A stretch of DNA of 63,989 bases, filler included, from Sphaeroforma arctica JP610 (taxonomy: Eukaryota), in NCBI RefSeq assembly GCF_001186125.1. It is 5 parts of 2 records of this genome, joined end to end, with 100 filler letters (N's around TTAATTAATTAA, not from the genome) between each part and the next. Parts side by side here need not be neighbours in the genome. Positions count along the whole stretch, not along the records: positions 52,983 to 62,689 come from NW_014040556.1; positions 62,790 to 63,989 come from NW_014040550.1; 3 more parts are not named here. One strand, written 5' to 3'. This document shows, one piece after another, positions 55,582-63,989 of this stretch (position 1 is its first letter; each line of letters opens with the position of its first letter). The translations under genes and the position numbers were made by a program. The notes beneath the pieces were generated by a model. That model did no database searches, was not told where the DNA came from, and saw only the letters and a program-made list of their open reading frames with translations.

Positions 55582-57573
55582 TCATTTGCGATCAAATATC
55601 ACTCTTTTCGCCTTGGGTTTTTTCAGGCAGCGGTTGCAGAATATCTCGCCCTCTTTGGCCACCTTGGCTGTGCACATATGCTCCCTGACCGTCCCAAGCT
55701 GTGAGGCACATATGCAGTGCTTCGAAATCTTCATTGTGTGCAGGATCTCCGTGTGGCGAGCCTCGCGCTCAACGGCCGTCTTGTGCTCACCGGACGCCCA
55801 GGTCCACTGGGCGATGTCGTCGTCCAGGACAATCTTCTCAGTTTTCTCGTTCTTCGGGTCGTAATCCTCGCCCGTCGACGCCAAGGCCCCTCGGAACTTG
55901 TTGTTCTTGCTAAAGTTGCACAGGGTAAGGCGCAACCGGTCTGACGGGTTCTCCTCGAGGACCCGGTTAGTGTCGCGCACCACCTGGGCAAAGCCGCGGA
56001 GCTGCTCGAGTTCCCACCCGGACTCGCCGCTAAAGCGCGTGCACCCCACCGTCAGGTGCCGACCAGTCCCGTTGTACTCCCCATCCATCATGCCGTCCAA
56101 GAGGTTGAGGCGAGAAATTTCCTTAACGATATCATAATTGCTGTGACCTTTGGCGTCGTCAATCTCAATGAAATTGATGCAGTTCAGGCCCCGGAGCCCC
56201 CAGTCGCCCCTGGCACCACCGTTGACTTTGCCGCAGGCGTTCTTGGACGGGTCACAGGCCTTGATGATAACCTCGCGGGTCATAAAAATAGAACGAGTGT
56301 CCATGCCGAGGATCAGGGCGACGGTGTTGATGACCAATGACTCAAGTGACGCGTTGCCGAGGCCATACTCGGTGATACACGCGCTACAGACAGTCGCGTT
56401 GGGAGTGCAGACCTTCGCGTTGTCCACGGAGCAGGCGAGACCGAGTCCTTTGAGCTGTGGGCTGTCGTCCGGGATGCAGTCGAAGCAGGCGCCGGCGGCT
56501 CTCGAGTAGCACGGCGACGTGCAGGCGCACACGCCGTTGTTGTAGTGGGCCCGGCAGATCCGCGCCCCGTCCGGCCCACGCGTCCCAAGGCCGCGGCAAT
56601 TGGCGACAGTGCATCCGTAGAGGTCGAGCCTGGTCCCGGCGCAGTCGGCACACGCGTCGATGCCAGCCAAGGACCCGGGGCTGTCGCAGTGGACACACGG
56701 CGAGTGTATTTGCTTGTGCGTGTTGAGAGCACTCGACTGCGCGAACGCTCGATTGCAACCGGTGTAATCGCAGACATACGGCTTATCGCCAGTATGTGTA
56801 TGCATATGGCTTTTGAGATTGTGAGACAATGAGAACCTCTTACCACAGCCAGTAAACTTACAGGCGTAAGGCTGTTCGCCGGTGTGTGTACGCATATGGC
56901 GTTTGAGCTGGTCAGATCGTGAGAACTTTTTACTACAGCCAGTAAACTTACACACGTAAGGCTGTTCGCCGGTATGTGTACGCATATGGTTTTTGAGATG
57001 CTGAGACAATGAGAACCTCTTACTACAGCCAGTAAACTTACAGGCGTAAGGCTGTTCGCCGGTGTGTGTACGCATATGGCTTTTGAGTTGCTGAGATTGC
57101 GTGAACTTTTTATCGCAACTAGCGAAATCACATGCAAAAGGCTGATCGCCGGTATGTGTACGCATATGTGTTTTGAGACTACAGGACGTTGAGAACTTTT
57201 TATCGCAACTAGCGAAATCACATGCAAAAGGCTGTTCGCCGGTGTGTGTACGCATATGGCGTTTGAGCTGGTCAGATCGTGAGAACTTTTTACTACAGCC
57301 AGTAAACTTACAGGCGTAAGGCTGTTCGCCCGTGTGAACTCGTATGTGCACTTTTAGTTTAGAAGGTGTTGCACACAACATACCACAGACGTCACATGCA
57401 TGTGGGGCTTTCACGCGTTTATGCGCCCGGCCCTGGGAATCGCTCGAAGAGGAGGCCTCCGACGTCTGGGAGTCCGACGCTGTCGCGCTGCTCGACTCCT
57501 CAGAGGACCGGGCCCTCTTGAGCTGAACCGCGACAACAGGCGATGTGCCGTCTGGGTAAACTGAGTGCTGCAT
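55582..57573 (-). CDS. Intronless 663-aa protein: 8 C2H2 zinc fingers, Cys-rich region and putative PD-(D/E)xK endonuclease domain
   Basis: Eight C-x2/4-C-x12-H-x3-H fingers with TG(E/D)(Q/K)P linkers (about 57397-56704). C-terminal motif series CSAC...SLESLV...RGD...FIEIDDAKGHSNY...KEISRL...TRFS. TATA-like CTATATAT upstream; AATAAA downstream near 55490 on the minus strand. Confidence 0.85.
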   Translation of the reverse strand: MQHSVYPDGTSPVVAVQLKRARSSEESSSATASDSQTSEASSSSDSQGRAHKRVKAPHACDVCGMLCATPSKLKVHIRVHTGEQPYACKFTGCSKKFSRSDQLKRHMRTHTGEQPFACDFASCDKKFSTSCSLKTHMRTHTGDQPFACDFASCDKKFTQSQQLKSHMRTHTGEQPYACKFTGCSKRFSLSQHLKNHMRTHTGEQPYVCKFTGCSKKFSRSDQLKRHMRTHTGEQPYACKFTGCGKRFSLSHNLKSHMHTHTGDKPYVCDYTGCNRAFAQSSALNTHKQIHSPCVHCDSPGSLAGIDACADCAGTRLDLYGCTVANCRGLGTRGPDGARICRAHYNNGVCACTSPCYSRAAGACFDCIPDDSPQLKGLGLACSVDNAKVCTPNATVCSACITEYGLGNASLESLVINTVALILGMDTRSIFMTREVIIKACDPSKNACGKVNGGARGDWGLRGLNCINFIEIDDAKGHSNYDIVKEISRLNLLDGMMDGEYNGTGRHLTVGCTRFSGESGWELEQLRGFAQVVRDTNRVLEENPSDRLRLTLCNFSKNNKFRGALASTGEDYDPKNEKTEKIVLDDDIAQWTWASGEHKTAVEREARHTEILHTMKISKHCICASQLGTVREHMCTAKVAKEGEIFCNRCLKKPKAKRVIFDRK

Positions 57574-58167
57574 GGTGGACGTTGATGTGTAATAAAAGTA
57601 TAAAGTGTAATTATGAATAATTCACGAGTGTGTTCTCGTGATATATAGACATAATTTTTTTTCAGTTTGCACACATTACCTGGTAGTGTGATCTCATTGG
57701 CCATTCGGTTGTTCGGGAGCACGCACGGCGCAGGAGGTGTGCAGTCTCTGTTATCTTCCAGGACACCCGCACTGAAGCCCTTGATGCCGCGGCCTCTGCC
57801 GGCCTTCTCGAGGGCCCTGTCGGCTTCCGACTGGTGGCAAGCTCTACGACCCCCCACGACCTCGGCTGGCGGCTGGTGGCGGGCTCTACGGCCCCACGAC
57901 CTCGGCTGGCGACTGCCCGCTCACCGCAGCCAGCCCGCCGATCGCAATGCCGAGCTCGCTCTGGCCCATCTGCCCCTGAAATGAACTTTGACCTCGAGTA
58001 CACTGAGCTCGTCACCCACATCGACCGAGCCAGCGCCAGCCCCGCGACCCTACCCCCCAGCCCCAGCGCTCCAAACGACATCATGTGGCGCTACATCCAC
58101 ATGTACGCGCGTCACCTTGCCACCATCAACTGTGACACCCCCCTGCTGGACCAGGCCGTCCGCGACT

Positions 58168-58352
58168 ACCCCATAGCGACAGGGCTGGCGGTGGCGGGGC
58201 GATCGACCAGTTGGCTGGCGGGGGTGCAGAGGGCCAACCCCATAGCGACAGGGCTGGCGGTGGCGGGGCGATCGACCAGTTGGCTGGCAGGGGGTGCAGA
58301 GGGCCAACCCCATAGCGACAGGGCTGGCGGCGGCGGGGCGATCGACCAGTTG
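58168..58352. repeat. Tandem repeat of about 69 bp, 3 copies, GC-rich
   Basis: ACCCCATAGCGACAGGGCTGGCGGTGGCGGGGCGATCGACCAGTTGGCTGGC...GCAGAGGGCCA repeated. Confidence 0.92.
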
Positions 58353-58930
58353 CACATGTTCAGGTTAAAACGTCATCTGTATCCGGGTATTTTCATTGGT
58401 GAAGTGCATGCAAAATCAGTCTCTACACCATGGCACATGTTCAGGTTAAAACGTCATCTGTATCCGGGTATTTTCATTGGGGCAGAGCATGCAAAATCAG
58501 TCTCCGCACCACGGCACATGTTCAAGTTAAAAGGCCATCTGTATCCGGGTATTTTCATTGGTGAAGTGCATGCAAAATCAGTCTCTACACCATGGCACAT
58601 GTTCAAGTTAAAAGGCCATCTGTATCCGGGTATTTTCGTTGGTGCAGAGCATGCAAAATCAGTCTCCGCACCACGGCACATGTTCAGGTTAAAAGGCCAT
58701 CTGTATCCGGGTATTTTCATTGGTGAAGTGCATGCAAAATCAGTCTCTACACCATGGCACATGTTCAAGTTAAAAGGTCATCTGTATCCGGGTATTTTCG
58801 TTGGTGCAGAGCATGCAAAATCAGTCTCCGCACCACGGCACATGTTCAGGTTAAAAGGCCATCTGTCTCCGACAATTTCATTGGCGCAGAGGTTAAAACG
58901 GCATCTGTCTCCTTCCATTTCATTGGCGCA
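58352..58930. repeat. 81-bp tandem repeat, about 7 copies in alternating A/B variants
   Basis: GCACATGTTCA(G/A)GTTAAAA...CATCTGTATCCGGGTATTTTC(A/G)TTGG...GCATGCAAAATCAGTCTC(TACACCATG/CGCACCACG); period 81 bp. Confidence 0.95.
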
Positions 58931-59369
58931 TAAATTTTCCGAGAGCCAATCGTGTCTCACAAACTCAAGCGTGATGAATCGGTCCCCGTCGATGGACCCC
59001 GAGGATGGGGACGGTCACTCCGCGCATTCTCATTGGCCCACCCCAGCCAGTGCCCACTGCCTACTTTTTTCCGCGCCCGAAACCTTCCATATTTGGCCGT
59101 GGCCCGCATCCCATTGGTGCATAGAACGCCATAGTGAACTTTGTTTTTTTTTTTAGTTACCATATACGGCAAATGGTGTTTAGTTATCTGACGCCTTTTG
59201 CTACAGCAATCTCGACTTCACCCTCTGGCGATTTTTTTCGTACCCCTCTCCGGCAAATTTGTATAAAGTCAGCCACTTAATATTTTTATACTTCACAATT
59301 TTATTGTAGACTTCAAGTTCACAATACATCCCAATCCCAACGCTCAACGCTCAACGCTCAACGCTCACA
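58900..59369 (+). promoter_or_regulatory. Putative Pol II-type promoter of the large orphan ORF
   Basis: Cluster of CCAAT/ATTGG boxes (about 58922, 58946, 59032, 59113), TATA-like GTATAAAG at 59261, then an AT-rich leader with CAACGCT repeats before the ATG at 59370. Confidence 0.5.
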
Positions 59370-62300
59370 ATGTCTACCCAGACCGGCTCCAAGTGGTTCG
59401 GTGGAACAACCCATCTGTTCAACCTCCTCAAGGAACCCCTCGTGGCTGCCCTCACCCAGCGCGTCGTCATGTTTGACAACAAGCCCTGTGTCGACGCCTA
59501 CGTCTCCGCCGTGACCGAGGTCGCCAACGCCGACCCCGAGCTCCACCGCATCAAGCACGTCGGCACCATCGAGTACTACCTGGACGCTGACAAGAAGGCC
59601 GTCCTGACCGGCGGCGGCCACCGCTACCACGTCACCTTTTGCATGGCCATTGTGCTCCGCTACCTGGCCATGGAGGTTTTCACCCTGTACGTCGCCGCCA
59701 CCGGCGGCAAGCCCTCGTCCACCGCCAACCGCCTGCTCACCCTCGTCCACCAGCTTGCCGCCTGCTTTGTGCAGGTCAACGACGAGACCGGGACCAGCAC
59801 CATGAACTACAAATCCAACATTGCCGGCCACCAGAAGTTCATGTCCGCCCTGGCCTATTTGACATCCCCTCTGTCGTCGGACTCCGTGACCTGGAGGGCC
59901 CCCAGGTGTACCCCCATCTCGTCCCCGACTCCGAGACCCACGGCCGGGGCTTCATGGTCAAGTACTGCAACGCGTTCGCCGGCCTCTTTGACGACAAGCG
60001 CATGGCCGGCTTCACCCACCCCGCCATGGCCGGCTTCCGCCAGTACAGCATCCCCATCACCTCAATGATGGGCTCGCGCGCGGTGCAGGACATCCTCGCT
60101 ATGGCCCGTGGACCCACCCCCGTCTGGGGGGCTGTCTGCGGCTCCGTGCAGCGCCTGGCCGAGGGCTGCGCCACCGCCATCAAGGTCGAGACCCTGGAAA
60201 TGCACCGGAGCAGCATCATGGACTCGAACAAGTCGCTGTCGTCCATGACCTCGATGTGCCACATCAACTCGGCCGTCATGTCCCGCCTGGCCTGGCTGCC
60301 GGACTTTGCGCCTCTGTGCACCGAGCTGAACGGCTACTACGACGCCATGATGTCCGTGCTGCCGTTCCCGATGAGCCCCAGCACCTCGCCCGTGGACGCC
60401 GCCCAGGTGCAGATCCGCTACCTGCACCACTCGCTGTTCAAGAACCTGCTGGCCAAGCAGATGGCCCTCAACCTGGAGGGGTGCACCTCGCTCGAGAACG
60501 CCAAGTCGTCCTACGCCATGGCCGGGACCTATGTACCGTCCAGCGACGTGGCCTGCGAGTTCCTGGCCCTGCGGTACTGCAGCTCGGGCATGGCCGTCGA
60601 GTCCGTGATGCGCGGCCGGCTGACGGAGAGCTTTGCCGCAGCGCACCTGTCCGAGACCGCCGCCTTGGTGGACCTCAACGCGGCGCTCCATGACTTCCGC
60701 TCCGGGAACTACCCCGCGCTGGTGATGCCGCTGCTGGCCATGCTGGAGGCCTTCCACTTCCGCGTCAAGGGCACCCAGGACCGCCTGGTCGAGACGTACC
60801 GGTGCTTCGCCGCGGCCGAGAGCTGGGAGTACCTGCAGACCATGGTCGAGTACGCCAAGCACCAGGGCAGCAAGGTCTTCAATGACGGGGCGCTGAGCGA
60901 CAACCTCGAGCTGGCCCGGGCGAGGAAGATGATTGACAACTTGCACTCAGCCTACGACTCAATGCTCACTGTGGCGGGCGTCCCGCTCTATGGCACTGGA
61001 TTGCGCGAGGTCATGGTCTCAACACTGGTCCGGGTGGCGACCGAGGCCAGCCCAACAACCATTTTTGCCTCCCGGGACCGGTTCATGGAGAACATCCGGG
61101 GCGGCAAGGGGGCCGTCCCCACACGCAAGCGCCGGGTGCTGCCGAGCGAGCTGGAGACGATGTGCACGGAGCTGGCCTCGGAGGTGCGGCTGCTGATGGC
61201 CGCGGACACGCTGCTGGCGCTGGGCGTCCCGAGGAGCAAGGACGGCAAGGTCGGCAAGGCCGGCAAGGATGCCATGCGGCGGGCCGCCCAGGTCGCAAAC
61301 GAGCTCCGCCCCGAGGAGGAGCAGCTCGAGTACCCGACCTGGGAGAAGCCGACGGAGCCCGAGAAGAATGCGCTGCTGGACTATCTCGGCGAGCTCGTGG
61401 ACCTGATGCCTCGGGGCTGCTGGCGAGGCCGGGGCACGCCCTGCCGGGTGACGGGGTACGAGTTTCCTTCCGAGACGCTGTGCATGCACATTATCAAGCG
61501 GGGCCGGGATGAGCTGCTGCAGTTCATGGGCATAGGGGTCAAGCCGCTGACGGAGGGCCAGTACACAAACCTTGCTGCATCGCTGATGGCCACGGGAGTG
61601 CTGGGTCTCAAGGCGTCGACGCGGCCGCTGCAGAATCTCTCTCTCCAGGCGCCCGGGTACCTGGTTGCACCGCAGCTGGGCTGGCCGACGCCGCTGCTGC
61701 GCAACAACCCGCAGGTGGAGGTGTGCAACGGCCTGGTCGACGGAGAGATGGTCCCGCCGGGCCCGTTTGCGCTGCGAGACTACAAGGTCCCGTTTGCTGC
61801 CGTGGCGAGCTCGGTGCTGCTGCGCACCGAGATGCGGGCGCCGGACGACATCAAGGAGTACGTGCAGATCCGGGCTCTGAAGCGGGAGGCCCGGGACCAG
61901 CCGTTCCGGCGGCACGCGGACAGGGCGCTCTCGTGCCTGCAGGGACAGGTGCGCAATGAGCTCAAGCGACTGCTGGAGTCCGAGTACGGGCGGCTGTACT
62001 CGCCAACGGTGCCCGCTGGTGGCGCTGGTGGCGCTGACCGAGCTACGGCGCGCCCCGCGGCGGCAGCAGCTGCTGCCACTGCCACTGCCACTGCCACTGC
62101 CACTGCCACTGCCACTGCCGCTGCTGCAGCTGCTGTCGCCCCTTCTGTACCACGACCTAGTCGAGCAGACCGGTTTAGGCAGATGCTGGACAAGAAGGCG
62201 AAAGAGAAGAGAGCGCAGAGGCCGGTGTTTGCACCCCCACCCGCGGGCTGCGGGGTGATGCCGCCGTCCGACGACGAGTACGAGGAGCCTGCCGGCGGAT

Positions 62301-62689
62301 GGCCGCGCCTGGAAACGGGTGGCTACCATGGCGAGGAGGATGGCATTGAGGAGGAGGAGGACGATGGGTACTCTGAGGAGGACATGGCTGGGGTGCCACT
62401 GACCTACTCGGACCCGGATGGCGGATATTTGCCAGTGCCTGTGGACCGGACCAATATCATCAAGAGACACCTGGACGACGAGGATGACGGTGAGCGCAAG
62501 AAGCGCAGACGGGCTGACGAGAGGCCCAAGAAGCGAGCTTCAAAGGACCTGTCGAGACCGAAGAGGAGGGCTTCTGGGCGATCTGGGGTCGCCGCTGAGG
62601 GGGCCAGGAAGTTTAGCACGGCTAAGGGCAAGGAGCCAGCCAAGGAGCCCAGGGCACCCAAGGACCCGTCGAAGGCCAAGGAGCCGGCC
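59370..62689 (+). pseudogene. Large (over 1100 aa) intronless orphan ORF with one frameshift near 59857-59860; 3' end runs into a gap
   Basis: ORF 59370 (MSTQTGSKW...MSALAY) continues in another frame (FDIPSVVGLRDLEG...) if one base is restored at GCCTATTTGAC. High GC3 on both sides. The C-terminus has an Ala/Thr run, an acidic tract and NLS-like KKRRR. Could be an intact gene with an assembly indel. Confidence 0.6.
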
Positions 62690-63122
62690 NNNNNNNNNNN
62701 NNNNNNNNNNNNNNNNNNNNNNNNNNNNNNNNNTTAATTAATTAANNNNNNNNNNNNNNNNNNNNNNNNNNNNNNNNNNNNNNNNNNNNTATATACATAT
62801 AAATCCATAAAATAACGTGTATAGTAATAATCTACAGATACGTGTAGAATAGAATTTATGCTTGATTTCATAGTATCAGACTGCTTGAGGAATGGGCAGC
62901 AGTCTACTAAACGACACTTTGATTTATCAACTCATAACGCTGTTTGCATTTATACAAAACGCAATTGGCACACTTAGAATCAAGATGAATTCACACTCGT
63001 ACATGCCACAATGAGCCACGATACGGCTGCACATCTATGTAGCGGTAACACCTGGGACGTAATTCGATCGCAATTGATATATACAATACTGAATTTTGAA
63101 CGTACGATATGGCAGCACATAC

Positions 63123-63329
63123 GTGTATGAGAAACTGTTCATCTCTTGCATCACCCAGCCGATGGTGCCATCGCCTCCCATAACAACTATAGTGTGATCA
63201 ATCCTGAAAAACTGGTTTAGCCCCTCTTTTGGGTTACATTTTGACCCGATTTCATAGTATTGGCAAGCATGCAATTGCATCTTCTTTCTCAACTGTCCAC
63301 CAAGGCGTTTCCCACTTCCGCCACCAGAT
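63123..63329 (-). CDS. Diacylglycerol kinase catalytic-domain exon (partial gene)
   Basis: SGGGSGKRL...IVVMGGDGTIGWVM matches the DAGK SGG and GGDGTxGW motifs; AG/GT boundaries. Confidence 0.85.
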
Positions 63330-63933
63330 CTGTTAATAAAAAAGAAATAAGAAATACGTTAATACTGACAGGTCTATCCACCAAATAGGAAACAAAGATT
63401 ATGTCAAGACTCTATCGGGCCAGGAAGTATAGTATAGTGGTGATTAAATGAAGTGATTCGATCGAGATACGCACACAAGACAACCAGCTGTACCGACTCT
63501 TAAGTCTGAAACTCGCAGTTGCCAAGAAGAATATCGCACGATTACTTCGCCCGAGTATGCCCACATACACAAGTATGCGATTCTAGTCTTGCACACGAGC
63601 ATACATTCATAGTATCCTATAGTAGATAAGCATCACTTCAGCTATAACAATATAGAAGTATAACTAATGAATCAGATAGTGTGACGCAGCTCTAGATCGG
63701 ATAAGTACAATGAAATTGGCTGATAAAGTGCAACAAAACAATTTTAACACCAACATCGACATGTTTTTTAAATGTATGAATGTCAACAGACTGCTAGTCT
63801 AAATACTTGCATAAAAGGTATTTTTATATAGATATAAACATTAAATAAATAGCATGTATATATATACATACACATACATATATATATATAAATATATATT
63901 TAAATGCATACATATGCATATATATAAATATAA

Positions 63934-63979
<46 letters not shown>

Positions 63980-63989
63980 AACAACAATA

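Larger units (their letters stand above)
52983..62689. mobile_element. GC-rich intronless island; probable endogenous viral element or large DNA mobile element (class unknown)
   Basis: Abrupt switch to long intronless ORFs with high GC3, compact AT-rich promoters and poly(A) signals, complex tandem repeats and a nuclease-like gene. Bounded by assembly gaps. No capsid, polymerase, integrase or transposase recognised. Confidence 0.6.

Noticed and set aside
61019..62470. 483-aa minus-strand ORF and other antisense ORFs in the island
   Set aside because: Shadow ORFs expected opposite a high-GC3 coding strand; no motifs.

Overview
Intron-rich eukaryotic scaffold with GT-AG introns, (TA)n/(CA)n microsatellites, many intronic minisatellites and N gaps. 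The gene set suggests a unicellular holozoan such as an ichthyosporean (inference). Host genes, spliced by hand: a TPR protein (possibly SKI3/TTC37), UPF3, a Cys-rich receptor tyrosine pseudokinase, akirin, SDE2, a 55-aa DAPIT/ATP5MK-like microprotein, a two-domain carboxypeptidase D, a claudin/LHFPL-like tetraspan, a LISK-type kinase with a C1 domain, and one diacylglycerol kinase exon. The most unusual part is a gap-bounded, GC-rich, intronless island (about 52983-62689). It carries complex tandem repeats, a large orphan ORF with one frameshift, and a gene fusing eight C2H2 zinc fingers to a Cys-rich linker and a PD-(D/E)xK-like endonuclease domain of giant-virus type. This is a candidate natural zinc-finger nuclease on a probable mobile or viral element. 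Exon boundaries and family calls are by eye; no searches were run.
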